A stretch of 63,339 nt of DNA, filler included, from Octopus bimaculoides (Eukaryota): the NCBI RefSeq assembly GCF_001194135.2. It is 7 parts of 6 records of this genome, joined end to end, with 100 filler letters (N's around TTAATTAATTAA, not from the genome) between each part and the next. Parts side by side here need not be neighbours in the genome. Positions count along the whole stretch, not along the records: positions 30,573 to 38,596 come from NC_068994.1; positions 38,697 to 56,595 come from NC_068988.1; 5 more parts are not named here. One strand, given 5' to 3'. The notes below the pieces were generated by a model. The model saw only the letters and a program-made list of their open reading frames with translations, ran no database searches and was not told where the DNA came from. Shown here one piece after another: positions 35,911 through 49,587 of this stretch (positions within the stretch are counted from its first letter, which is position 1; each line of letters starts with the position of its first letter). The position numbers were made by a program, and so were the translations under genes.

Positions 35911-38356
35911 AAGATTTTGACGAATTTACATCCTACAAAAGCTCCTGCACGGCTGTGTACACCAAGGAATTGTACCAGAATGGATGGTGAAAGGAAGAAC
36001 TGTTTTTATCCATGCAAGGGTGCCGTGGCCAGTAATAATCGTCTGACTGCTTGTTTACCTATGATGTGGAAGCTTCTAACTGGAATGATAGAAAAGAAAA
36101 TGTACAACCATCTTGGGAGAAATGAACAAAAAAACTGAAGGAAAGAATTGCGAAGGACAAAGGATCGGTTGCTGATAGATAAGGCAACTTTGAGTAACTG
36201 TCGGAGAAGGTTGACAAGCCTATCAATGGCTTGTATTGACTTAAAAAGGCATATCATATAGTTCCTCACTCGTGGAGTTTAAAATACCTGGAGATGGTTC
36301 AGGCATTTATTCAAAAACAATATGAGGTTCCTGGAAGATAGTTTTGACAACAGGCGGAAGGGAAATTGGATAATTCAATGTCTAGAAGGGAATCTTTCAG
36401 GGAGACTTTGTGTCACACCTACTGTTTATTCTTAGTATGTTACCACTTTCCATGATTCTGAAGAAGATGGGAACTGGTTATAAACTTCGGAAGAACAGGG
36501 GACCAATTAACCACCCGCTGTTTATGGACGATTTGAAGCTTTGTGGAGTTAGTAGAAGTCCACTTAACTCCCTTATTCAGACCGTACGAATTTCCTCTCA
36601 TGACATCCAAATAGCTTTTGGTCTAGATAAATACGCTCTTATTGAACAGACGAGAGGGCGAAAAGTAGATAGTTGTGGAGTACAACTACAAGATGATGAG
36701 CGCATAAGACAAGTGAACGGAGACGGGTTAAAACTATCATGGTCTTGAACAATTAGGCCAGATAATGAACATCAAAAATGAACGGAGAAAAATTCTTCTG
36801 AATATACCAGAAGAGTGAAAAGGCTATGTAGATCCAAGTTGAATGGAGGAAACCTGATTAAAGGCATACGTAGTGAGGCTTTACTTATCAAGGAAGGAAG
36901 GTGGAAGCGGATTGGTTAGAATAGGTGACAGTATTTTGCAGGGGATCAAGTCCTTACATGCCTACCTGAGGAATAGTGATGAGAGAATGTTGCAGACTGC
37001 ACTGAGTGAGAAGGTGATTGGTGGCAATAGTGTGACCCTCCAGGAATACAAAATGAGGGCTAATAAAGAAAAGATTATCAACTAGAACGAGAAAATCCTA
37101 CACGGAGAGTTTTTCCAGCAAACAGATGAAGGTGGTGAAGAATCCTGGAGATGGTTTAGACATGTTTTTTTTAAAGAAGGCGTCAGAAAGACTGTTGCTT
37201 GTTGCTCAAAAACAAGCTTTACAAATCAACTCAGTCAAGTGTAGTATTGATAAGACAGCAGTATCAGTATGCTGTAGATTATGTGAAAAATCATCTGAGG
37301 CTGTCAAACACAATTAGTGGATGCTGAAAACTCGCCCCAAAAATCTGACAGTGCAAATACACTGAGAGTTGTGCAGGAAAAATGGGCTAGAATGTTCCAA
37401 CAAATGGTATGAACACAAACTTTCACCAGTAGTAAAGAATGATCAGGTGAAACTGATATAGAATATGCAAATTTACAAAGATAAAAAGCTGCAATATAAC
37501 TGACCAGTTATCACTCGCTATGGAAGGAGTCCAAAGAACGGACCTTCATCAACGTAGCTATACCTGCAGACCAGAATATTGTGAAGACAAAAGATGAGAA
37601 AGTCGGAGAGTACCAAGACCTAACATTGGAAGTGAAACGCCATCACCGCCACCACCACCACCACCTCTCTCTCTCTCTCTGCTTGCCTGCCTGCCTGCCT
37701 GCCTGCCTCATCATCAGAACATCATTCCACTGCTATAATTATACTTTTAACTCTACCTTTTTTAACCACGTAATAAAGATTACGTTCCTCCTACCTCACG
37801 CCATGGACGCTTCTCTTTCCCTCTTTTTCTCTTTGTCTTTTTCTCTCTCCGTCTTTTTCTCTCTCCGTCTTTTTTTCTCGCTCTCTTTTTCTTTCTTCCT
37901 CTCTCTGTCTCACTCTTCACCTTATCCTCTTTTTCTCTCTCCTTTTTTCCTCCTCTCTTTCCCTTCAACTAATCACGTAAAAGCATTACAATTACATTCC
38001 CTCTGCTTCATGTCATGGACGCTTCTTTCTCCCTCTTTCTCTCTCTCCTTCCTTTTCTCTCTCCCTCTTTTTCTCTTATCTCAAGAAAGCGTTACCGACG
38101 GGCTAAGTAACGGAATGACAAGCAGAATTATTATAAAATAATAAGCCAAGATATAGATAAATGGCTGAAGGAGATTGAAATAGAATATCCGGTAGAGCTC
38201 CTACAGAAAGTTTGTCTCTTAGGGACAGCAAGGATTATCAGGAGAGTTTTAAGCACTTGAAAGACTGCTGATAGTAACCGGCTATCCATGAAATTCCTAT
38301 CAGGAATAAGACCGAACCTGAGCCAAACCAAATAACAACAGCAACAATAATAATAA
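35911..38356 (+). mobile_element. 5'-truncated R4/Dong-type non-LTR retrotransposon (RT + CCHC + REL), decayed, interrupted by a CT-rich tract at about 37640-38130
   Basis: WMVKGRTV; CLPMMWKLLTGMI; KDRLLIDK; IFQGDFVSHLLF; LFMDDLKL (36521-36532); RLYLSRKEGGSGL; CRLCEKSSEAVKHN*SGC; FINVAIPAD; PVELLQKVCLLGTARIIRRVL; 3' UTR and AAC/AAT tail. Confidence 0.92.
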
Positions 38357-38570
38357 TCCTCCCTACTATAGGCACAAGGCATGAAATTTTAGGTGGGGGG
38401 GCAGTCAATTACATCGACCCCACTGTTTCACTGATACTTAATTTCTTGGCCCCGACAAGATGAAAGGCAAAGTCGACCTCGGCGGAATTTGAACTCAGAA
38501 CATAGTGGCAGACGAAATACCGCTAAACGTTTTGCCCAATCTGCTAGCGATTCTGCCAGCTCGTTGCCTT
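38357..38570 (-). mobile_element. SINE family B inserted at the (AAT)n tail of the R4/Dong element
   Basis: Full reverse-complement SINE B with AAT repeats on both sides (about 38346-38356 and 38571-38596). Confidence 0.85.
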
Positions 38571-38596
38571 AATAATAATAATAATAATAATAATAA

Positions 38597-38696
38597 NNNN
38601 NNNNNNNNNNNNNNNNNNNNNNNNNNNNNNNNNNNNNNNNTTAATTAATTAANNNNNNNNNNNNNNNNNNNNNNNNNNNNNNNNNNNNNNNNNNNN
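38597..38696. other. Artificial assembly spacer
   Basis: Same 100-nt layout. Confidence 0.95.
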
Positions 38697-41562
38697 ATAG
38701 TAAGAAAATTTAAATTGATTAAAATCGATTAAAACTATCGAAAATCAATTCTATTCAAAAATATAGCTAATCTTCAGGTCAAAATGATAATAATAAAAGA
38801 ATGTATATATCAACCAAGAATAAATAACAAATGAATGTATATGAAATACTTATTATATAAAGATAGAAAAATATTAGAAATATCAAAATAATAAACGTTC
38901 CATAATCAACCCTACGTCCATTATAATATATGCTAACAGGTATATTAGATTCAAAAACCAACTGAACGAAGTTTTTCGTTTAAAATACAATTTGAACGAA
39001 ATTTAAGGTTAAAATAAAAAAAGATAGTGTGTGTGTGTGTGTGTGNNNNNNNNNNATTTAAGGTTAAAATAAAAAAAGATAGTGTGTGTGTGTGTGTGTG
39101 TTTGTCGACATTCTTTCATATCATGTGATAGTTGTGGGTGCCTTTCGTTTCAAATCTTTTGTGAAAAGATTGCCTTTCATAGGGAAATATTACCTTGCTT
39201 GGAAATAGGTGAAGGTTTACCTCTCACTTAACTATTATTTTTCCTGTTTATGGTGTCTGAGTAATTGATCTCAGTGTTTTATAAACTCACTGTATGCAAC
39301 TGAAACGACAATAAATTAAAACAACCATCTGTGTATAATTAGCATATATATATACCAGTGAAATGAATGATGTTGTAGATAAAATTTCTGAGAGAAAAAC
39401 CACTGCATTGTCACTGTTGGGACAATGTTCATCTTGCTCTGATATATTGTATTTTTTATACAACATATCTATGAAGAAATTTTCTCTCAGACAAAATACA
39501 CAGAATTATACTGCTTTTCAATAGTGTATATACATTAAGTATAATACATAGATGACTATTTCAGTATTTTGTCTTTTTAAAAATATTGTTTCATCAATGG
39601 CTTGATTGAATCTATGCGCACGATGCACTTTTTATTTGTTGTTGTTTTTATTCATAACAAACTCAGTATAAGTTCATTCATTGTCGTCGTCATCATCATC
39701 ATTTTTGATATGTATATACTTCTAAATGACATGGGTTAGACAAAACTTAGGCAGATTTTCTTTAGCTGGATGTTGTTATTGTTGCCAGTCCCCAATTATT
39801 TTTAAGCAAAGTACTGGTCCTCACACATGATCATCATCATTTAGCATCTATATTCCATGCTGGCATGGTGTGGATGGGTCGACAGGATCTGATGGGTTAA
39901 GGACTACATCATGCTCCAATGTTTGCTTTGGCAGGGTTCCTACAGCTAGGTGTTCTTCCTTATGCCAACTACTTTAAATTGTGTACTGGTTCTTTTTCCA
40001 TGCTACTAGTACTGTTGAAGTTGCCATGCAGCTTGCAAGACTAGGAGCCCTGAAGGCTGTGGGGAGTCAATTTTATGTGACAAGGGTATGAGAGTTTAAA
40101 GTATGAAAAAGTAGTGGGTAAGCAGAGCAGGTTCTTGTAGTGAGGCTGTATGGTTACTCATATTTAGTAAGCGAAGGATAGACTGATTACTAGATGTGAA
40201 GAGATAGCTGTTTGAGATAAGGTATATATATGGGTGGCTCCTCAGGGCCAGAGGTGAATAGAAGTGGGTGGAAATTTGCAATATTGTATGATGAGCAGGA
40301 GAGAAAGAGAAGGGGAGGTAGCCAGTAATTATAAATGTATTAAAAAATTCACCTCAGTACAGGGCCTTAATAGTTTCATAAATGATAATCTTATTGGCAT
40401 CATTCGATTTTTTCATGCAGTTTGCAATTATGTGCCTAATGTTTTGGCTATGTTTGGTTATATCTGTACGTTCACCTTCTTTGTTCCACTCTCTGTTATA
40501 ATTTCTATATTATCAATGATAATTAGTCACATATCTTCGTATTTTATCAATTTACCATTCCATTTTTCCTGTTATTTATTGATGAACCACTATAAATCTA
40601 TATTTCTTTTCCTACCTGCTTACTTATTTATGTATCTATCTTTATATTCCTACCTATCTAGCCAAATATGTCTAGCTGTCTGCTCTTCGGTCAGTCTGTT
40701 TGTTTATATGATATTTACTTACTGATGTCTATATGTCTACTTGTTTCTTTTTCCCCATATATCTACATAGATCTTGGAATCTACATCTCCGTTTGCTGAT
40801 CTATGTTTTTATCTGTGATCTCTTGAATTAGAAACCACATAAGTTCACACGCAAGGCACAAGTAATCCCAGGCTATATATGCACGTTTATGTATTTCAGA
40901 ATCCTGGTAATGCATCCTATTCAATTATCTTCACAAACATTTAAAAGATGAATAGCAATGGAACAAACTCTTCACTTAACAGGTGGATACGAACTCATGA
41001 CATTCTGCTATTCAAGTCACACCTGTCTATATTGGCGCCGCCAAACTTTTTCCCCATTCATTCTCTACTTCAAAATCTGAATGTATGCAGTAATGTAGCA
41101 TACACATGCATCTGCTCACTCCCCAACCCATCAGCAGAGGCATGTCTTCATGCAGTATGCATATACAGACATAACCAAAGTCACTGCAAATGGCTAACAG
41201 TCTAGGAATAATAGTCGACTACTTAAAGCATATATGCATGCATGCTCTGACAAATGCCTTGAATGTTGTATATGAAAGTATATAATTTCACCTGCATGCA
41301 TGTCCATTGTAGGCAGAGCCATACTGGCATATAGGCACCTACATACATTAAGTAGGCAAACATTACATATTAAAGTATGCAATAGATTTTTCAGGTCTCA
41401 CGTGGTCATGGGTGTATGTGTATGTGGTTGATGTGGATATGCGATTTTGCTTGCATATCTCTCCCTCTTCTTGGTTACACATAGATGCATAAATATATGT
41501 ACACACTTATCAGATGTAAACCAAGACAGAATGTATTTGTGTGTGTGTGTGTGTGTGTGTAT

Positions 41563-41598
<36 letters not shown>

Positions 41599-41607
41599 GT
41601 ATGACTG

Positions 41608-41682
<75 letters not shown>

Positions 41683-41903
41683 TCATATTTACATATATAA
41701 ACACACAAAATCAAACACACCAATAAACAATATTCATGCAAATGAGTGTGTTTGTGTGTGTGTGTGTTGGAGTATGTAGATATGAAGCTTCTTGCAGATC
41801 TGAACAATGCCAACACTTCAAAGATGAGTACTAACTCCAGAAGTTTCCTCACACTTTCATACACACATACAAACATAAGCATGCATGTACAAGTTTGTAT
41901 GAG

Positions 41904-41985
<82 letters not shown>

Positions 41986-44486
41986 ACACACAGAATTATA
42001 TAGATAGATATATGCATACATGGACCAATGCTCACAGTCACATGCATGCTTCTACAGATGAATATATATATATATATAATGACGGTTCTTTTAGTTCTTT
42101 TGAACAATGCCAGTACACATCAAAGCCAAGTACCAAATGTTGAAATGATGTTTTATTACATACAATAACCAGTATATAAATAAATAAACAAGAAAACATT
42201 TGTCTTGGAGTTATAGATTTCAATATAATATGTTGGTAAGAGAAAGCAAGGTTTAATTGCTTCCTGTTGCATTCAGACTTAAACTATCTAATTCCATTTT
42301 TTTCTCTTCCTATCTTCTCTATTTTCTTTTGCTGTTATTCCTTACATCTTTACTTCTTTATCTATCTCTCTCTCTATCTTTTCTCTCCTGTGTACATACA
42401 GTTATGAAAATTTCTGTGTGTGAGTGCATGAATGTGTATTTATATGTATATATTTGTGTGTTCTGTGTGTGTGTGTGTGTGTATGTATGTATGACAGAAT
42501 GGAAAATGAATGTAAATGATGATGATATTTATCTGTATGTAGGTATACCTATTTTGTACACTCACTCACAAGAGTAGTTAGTGTCCAACAGAATGCTTTG
42601 CAGTATTTTTTCCATCACTCTACATCGGGAATTCAAATCCTGCTGAGGTTAACCTCAAAAATGCGTGAAAAAAAATGTATCAATGCATGCTAGTGGATAG
42701 GGGAAACTCTGTCAGACTGGACACCATGTGGTTCTTAGCATTCTCAGTTCAAATCCTGCCATTGCCTGCTTGGGTTGTAGATTTAACCTGTTGCCACCTG
42801 ACACCTTGAGTGCATTTAGCAGCCCACTCTTTTGCAAGCTGCAAGCATATGGGCTTGGTTTCTGGTTTGAAGATACCTTCCTCCCACCCTCCTGCACAAT
42901 TAATCAAATGGGTTTGGTAAATATTAGTTTCTTTGACCTATTCTTGAGTATAGTTGGGATTTTAATTCTAAAACTGGCATCAGTAATGATCTTTCAGCTC
43001 TACTAAATTAAAGATCTGTTATTTTGATATGTACATAATATTAATGCTTTTAGTACATTGCATGCTATTAAGACAACCATACATTAATAAATCAGTTTAT
43101 TTTGGCACAAAAGCTTAGAGTAAAGGTATTAAACAAAGACAGTCTGTTTTGGCTACTTATGCAGTAAATACCTTGAATTAAAATCAGAAAAAGAAAGCAG
43201 TGATTTTTAATGGTCCCTAGATAAGAGAGCTTATAAAAAATATCTCATAAATTCAGTGGACAGGCACTGTCTTGTGAATGAATGGTTTTAGTTTGTTCTA
43301 GTTATCAAAAACTTACTTAAGCAGAGGACATACTATCCAATTTTAATAAGCTTTGCTGTAACATGAATATCAAGGTCCATTATCTCTTTGGTTACTTAAA
43401 TCACTTTCCATAAAAGCTTTATGATTTAAACAAAGAGCAAGATGAAAGATTTTATCTGCTTATGAAAGCACTGGAAAAGCAGTACCAGTGAACATTCAGC
43501 AAGGCAGTCCTGATAAATTTCTTTCTAGAAAGTCCTACAAAAAAAAAAGAGAAATTTCTGAAGTATTTACTGACTGGTTGTTTTATATGTTTTGTGTTTT
43601 TTTCTTTTTGGCAGGGGTGATTTCATTGTAAAAGATATTTAGCTACTATTTCTAACTGGTCACATGACTGTAGAAGCTTCCTCATTGGCTCCTGTCTGGC
43701 CAACTCTTGCAGTGTTGTGTTGCATTAGAACATCTAAACTAATTCTGTCAATAGATCAGCTGAGGCAGATTAAAGTAAATCTGAACAGTGGCATCATCAC
43801 CAGTGGTTGTAGTAGTAGTAGTAGTAGTAGTAGTAGTAATAAGATTAGACCTAAACATATAACAACTGAAGGAAGAAGTTATGCAATGTTGAGATTTACA
43901 GCAAAGCTATCATTGCATTCCAGATCTGTCCACAGTTCTACCAGCATCGTTAGAAAGTACAATGAATATAAAATTCATTGTATGGTAATGATGGTAATGA
44001 TTTCCTCTCCTCTTGCAACCTACAAACTAGATTTATGGGATCACTGTACTTCTCTGTCATCAATGGCTCAACAGTTTTTTTCTTTATCAATCACTGTATT
44101 ATTCTAAAATGTATTTAATGTATAACATAAAATGGAATGCCATCTGTGGCGTAACACACTTACTCACTGACACTGTAAAAAGAACCTCCAAAGAAAAGAA
44201 CAACCACACACCCCATTCCCCCCTTGTCCATAAACACTGGACAAGCAAAATAACATTTTGTTGTCTTCTAAGTATTATTATGGTGATGTTTCTTTGGTAG
44301 GCTGTTGTTTATATTTAGTCATGTGATACTGTGTATCATCTGCTCAGTGTGTAGTCACATCCTCCATCTGTTTATTCTCATATTCCTACACCTTATTTCT
44401 CTTTCCCTAATACCTGTGTGTGTCAGTCTGTCTGTTTATCTGTCTGGTTATCTATCTATCTATCTATCTATCTATCTCTCTCTATT

Positions 44487-44530
<44 letters not shown>

Positions 44531-45270
44531 CCTCTATCTATCTGTCTATCTTACTTAACACATAAACATATTTACATAGCATGCACACATGAACACACAC
44601 ACACATAATATATACACTTGCATTACCCTTATTGTCTGTATCTTTCTCTCTTTCTCTCTCATCACTAATGTTTGTCCTTTCTCTAATTTACTTTCTCTCT
44701 GTATATCTTGTTTGCTTCATCTGTACTTTTTTGTCCTTTCATAACTGTTCTGTTGTTAATTATATTATTTATTCCTCACCCTCACTTTCTCTGAAATGTT
44801 TACTTTTTTTTTCTTATAAACACTCACCTACATACACACATATGTTCACCATACGTATCCAATTTTGTAAAATATGATAGATATTATTGTCACTCTTTTA
44901 ACATATTTAATTTGTAATGTCAACCAGATAGGTACAGTTTTGTTTTGAAAGTATGCGATAATTTTCAAATTCATGCACACATGATGCATATGTTACAATG
45001 TACACATACACAACTATCTCCATAACTCAGGTGAAACTCTTGTCTAATATTGGTCCCACATCTGGAACTGTTCTACTACTCAACTGAATAGCATAAAGTC
45101 TCCCACAAACACACTTGCTGTCTCCTCTCTGTTTCTTTTTTCTACCTCTATGGTCCCTGTTTTATGAATCTAGCTGTTCTCATGCTGCTTCAGGTACCTT
45201 ATCTTCCTCACTTCTGCTTCTCTTGTTGCTTGTGTTGTATATTCCTTCTCTGTACCTGATTTTTCTACAG

Positions 45271-45422
45271 TCACCAACCTTCAACAGTTCGGGAAGAATG
45301 TTAATGGCACCAATCTCTCCTGTATTGGAGAGATCTGTGGCCCCTACCAAAGAAAGAACATTGACTTTCTAGAAGCTTTGGTCACAAAGCCTTTCCAGAT
45401 TGCTGATTTTGTTCTGAAGCAG
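45271..45422 (+). other. Candidate coding exon, unassigned (alternative: antisense of a decayed LINE)
   Basis: Pyrimidine tract plus ctacAG acceptor and CAG|GTTGGT donor; 152 nt: TNLQQFGKNVNGTNLSCIGEICGPYQRKNIDFLEALVTKPFQIADFVLKQ. The opposite strand is also nearly open. Confidence 0.3.
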
Positions 45423-45639
45423 GTTGGTCACCTAGGGCGACCCACTCTAAATTAAACAAATATTAAATTTACCTTAATAATCAAATGAAATACAAGTACC
45501 TGCTCATTAGCATAATTAATACAAAAATATTAATACTGTTACGTGCAAAGTATTAAACTGTGATAGGTACCAATATACTAATCCGACAGCTGCAGGTATT
45601 TTAAATTCTTGCTCATAAATTAGAACAGATTATAAAAGG

Positions 45640-46230
45640 GGATCTTTTTTAAAACGGGGGCCACATTTTTCATTAACGAAACACTTTGAAACTTGGAACA
45701 CTGGTAGAATAGGTCATATAAAACATCTTTTTCTCTTAGTCTTCTTTAAAAAAAAAGAAATCCATAAATTATTCCATGTTAAAGTTGTCGTATTTCTGTA
45801 ATTTCAACCAATCACTGACGTCCATTCAGCCGATATACATTAAGTGCCGACTACATAAACAAACGATTCTGAAACAATTAATCCTAACCCTAACCCTAAC
45901 TCTAACCCTAACCCTAACCCTAGGGTTAGGGTTAGGGTTAAAGCAAATTTAAAATGAAAAAAGCAAATAAAACGAAGAATCGTTTGTTTATGTAGTNNNN
46001 NNNNNNNNNNNNNNNNNNNNNNNNNNNNNNNNNNNNNNNNNNNNNNNNNNNNNNNNNNNNNNNNNNNNNAAATAAGACAATTTTTTACATGAAATAAATT
46101 CGAATACAAAAATATTTTTCTGTTCTATAACACAAAATAGATAAGTATACGAAGTTTGAAAGTCTTTCGGTACCAAAAACACTACTTAAAACATTAATGA
46201 AAAATGTGGCCCCCGTTTTAAAAAAGATCC
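45640..46230. mobile_element. Merlin-like MITE with perfect 37-bp TIRs, 8-bp TSD and an internal telomeric-repeat palindrome
   Basis: TIR GGATCTTTTTTAAAACGGGGGCCACATTTTTCATTAA at 45640 and inverted at 46230; TSD ATAAAAGG at 45632-45639 and 46231-46238. A GG start with an 8-bp TSD fits Merlin; hAT is the alternative. Confidence 0.88.
45883..45940. repeat. Interstitial telomeric repeats, head-to-head (CCCTAA)n-(TTAGGG)n
   Basis: CCTAACCCTAACCCTAACTCTAACCCTAACCCTAACCCTAGGGTTAGGGTTAGGGTTA, centred on the palindrome CCCTAGGG. Confidence 0.9.
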
Positions 46231-46290
46231 ATAAAAGGTTCTAGACGATCAGTAACCAGAAAGTCAGTGTTATACCTTTGTGTGTTTGCA

Positions 46291-46322
<32 letters not shown>

Positions 46323-47014
46323 TGTGTGTGCGCGCACACAAATACATGCATATATATAGTACATATATAGTTTACTTATAATGCCCCCATCCCACATAAT
46401 GCATAGATTACACATTATGCATTCATACAGATGCATCAATCAAAACATGCGAAGCAAATATAGTTAGACAATGGACAGTTATTTGTAATGAAATCTTCCT
46501 ATGAACACATATATGTAAATATCCAACTCCCATACACAGCCAACACACAAAGAGAATCAATGAATACATAGATATGTGTTTCTGTTTTTGAGTACAAACA
46601 CAGAGCACATGCTGTGTATAATTTTAAGTCATTCTATGAAAATAAAAAATAGATATAAAATGTGCCTATATTGATTTGATCTACAAAATAAATCTACAAA
46701 GTTGATTGATTAATGAACACATAGGCACCTACACACACATACAAACAGGTATCTACATTTGCACACACATACACCTACAAGTACACACAAATTATTCACA
46801 GACATCATGCAAAGATGTATATGTTTACAGAACAAACAAACTATATTCTTATAAATACAAATCCTTATACACACATGCCTGCACATTTACTTCCCAACCA
46901 CACAGTTCTTGGTTCAATCCCAGTGCATGGCACCTTAGGTAAGAGCCTTTTTTTTTATAACTCTGATCCAACTAGTGAGTGGATTTGGAAGAAAGAGTCT
47001 GACAGAATCCTGTT

Positions 47015-47052
<38 letters not shown>

Positions 47053-49587
47053 ACGCACACATGTATACTGTGCACACATGTATACTGTGCACACATGTAT
47101 ATCTATAAACATATGTATATGGCACATTCACACATATATGTACAGCATACATAAGCACACACACATACATACACATGCATGTATACATATATAAACACGT
47201 GTGAATGTTAGTGTCTCCTTTTCTTCACATTTTGTGATAGTTTTAAACATGTCTTAGCATCATATAAGTGTTGTCATTCATTTCCAATCTTCTGTGAAAC
47301 CATTTCCTGTCATGGGGAAATATTAAATTGCTTATAAACAGATAAAGGCTTGGCAACAAAAAGGGCATCCAGCTGTAGAAATTCTTCCTGAAAGAATTCT
47401 GCCTGGGTTATGCAAACATGGAAAAATGTATGTTACAACAATGATGATGTATCTATATGTGTGCATACCACCAACTGCATAATTATGTAGTTAGTGACAT
47501 AACTAGATAGTTGGCATATATTTATAGCAAACTGTTTACCAAGTAGTGCATTATGATCAATACAGTTTACATATGTAAAATTAATGCTCATCATGAATGC
47601 TGCTGAACATTACTGGAGGGAGTGAGACTATTGCAAGTTTCTGAAGTCATTGCGAACTCCATCTGATAAAGGGAATTTCCTAGAGTGCCTGCTGAATGTT
47701 ATATATAAATGTGATATGTTTAATGAATAAAATCACAAAGACGAAACATAGATTATTTATATAATCCAGTAGATCTCAACCATAGTTCCCAGGGTCACAT
47801 GTAACTTTCAAGCATCTTTCCAGCAGCCCTTGATGGTCTTCCCCTTATAAATATACATTCTTCTGTAAAAAAAATATATCTGGGCATATGAAATAACCTC
47901 GTTGGGAAACAGGTAAGGGTTACCAACAGGAGGTGCCTCGACTCTAGAAGATCTGCTTCACCAAATTCAGCCTGGAAAAATTAACATATATTGATGATCT
48001 TATTGAAGTTGGCTCCCTGGGTTTTTAGGTACCAACTTCAACACCATTAGTGGGAGATTTTCTTCAACAATTGCTTGTGTATTTTCATTTAACTGAAGCT
48101 TTCTACCTCACTATATTACATTTTTGTGAGACACTTCTGTAAGAGAATATATTATGTAGAACACTCCCTGGAGGTATGTTCCCACAATGATATCTTGATA
48201 TACAATACATACATATAGCATTCAAAATTGGAAGCTTGAAGGGAAAGAGGCTCCAACAAAAGAGCTAAAATTTACATTAAAAATGGAAAGGATTGAAATC
48301 TGTAATGAATAAGAGTTCTTATAAGAATGCCCATATGGAGGTATTATGATTTTTCAAACTTACAACACCTGATATCAACATGGAATAGAAGGTGTGAATT
48401 TGCTCAGAGAGACACTAGCTTTTCCATTGTTTTTCAGCTCTGTCTGTCTGTCTGTCTGTCCGCCTCTCTCTCTCTCGCCCTTCCCTCCTCACTCCTCTCT
48501 CTCTCTCCTGCCCCCTTCTTCTGCACTCCTCTCTCTCTTTCCTCCGCCTCCCTCTGCACTCCTCTCCCTCCCTCCCCCTCCCTCTGCACTCTCTCTTGCT
48601 TCCTCTTCCTTTCACTCCTCACCTTTTGTTATCCTTTTCCTTTTTCTCACTAATTTCTATCTCACACCTATCACTCTCTCTCTTGCATTCTTTTTCTTTC
48701 TGTCTCTGTCTTCAGTTCTCTTTTCCTTTCCATCTCTATCATCTACTCTCTTCTTCTTTCTGCCTCTACCTTCCACTCTCTTTTATCTCACTTTTTCTGT
48801 CTCTTTCTTCTTTTCCTCNNNNNNNNNNTTATCTCTCTTTTTCTGTCTCTTTCTTCTTTTCCTCTATCCTTCTCTTTTCCTCTTTGTCCATACCTTTTAT
48901 TCTCTCTCTTCTTTCTGTCTCTACATTGTACTCTTTCTTGTTCTGTTATCCTGACCTTCTATTCTCTCATTCTCTTTCTTTCCTTACCTCCCCCCTCTCT
49001 CTCTCTCTCAAAAGCATCTTACTTAATGATAATACTGTGAATACCATACACAACGGCCATCATTCTAAATGACAGCTCTATACTAGACAGCCAATCAATC
49101 TATGAGTGTCTTATACAATAAGACTAAAATAGAGTCATGCACATACAGCTTATTAAATCAGAAACAAATTATGTCAAAATAGACGCAAAACAAAACATGA
49201 AACACAACCAAATGCAAGAAGACATGGAATTTTTGTGTAGGATGATGATGATTTATTCAAAATGTCTGAGATTCCAGCTACTTGTTTTCGAGTTTCCATC
49301 TTTTAAAGAATTATTTAAGTGTAATACCATGTAGAATTGTTTGAGTTGTTTCGCCCTGGGTCAGCTCTAGTAGAGCTGACAGCTAGATGCATGATTAAGG
49401 AAAGACATTCCATCCATGCAAGACCATACCATCTTCTGTTCTGCAGTAATGTTTCTCAGATAAACATTATCTAACATGTCCTATTTTAAGACGCTTCTGT
49501 GTGAATATTTATGTGAAAGGCATGTGGCTTTGTGGTTTCTAAAATGAGCACTGACTTTCTCTTTGTATCATTATTCTCTCAATAAGG

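Noticed and set aside
39001-39100. Tandem duplication ATTTAAGGTTAAAATAAAAAAAGATAGTGTGTG on both sides of a 10-N gap
   Set aside because: Typical unmerged contig overlap.
40264-40725. 153-aa hydrophobic ORF
   Set aside because: Arises from T/C-rich low-complexity sequence; no splice structure or family match.
42728-43006. 92-aa plus-strand ORF with AG/GT boundaries
   Set aside because: Begins in a SINE-like head and has no recognisable domain; more likely repeat-derived.
43310-43535. Strong minus-strand acceptor (T-run + GTAG) and GTAAGT donor
   Set aside because: Stops in all three frames between them; a possible terminal exon DFLERNLSGLPC* is unsupported.
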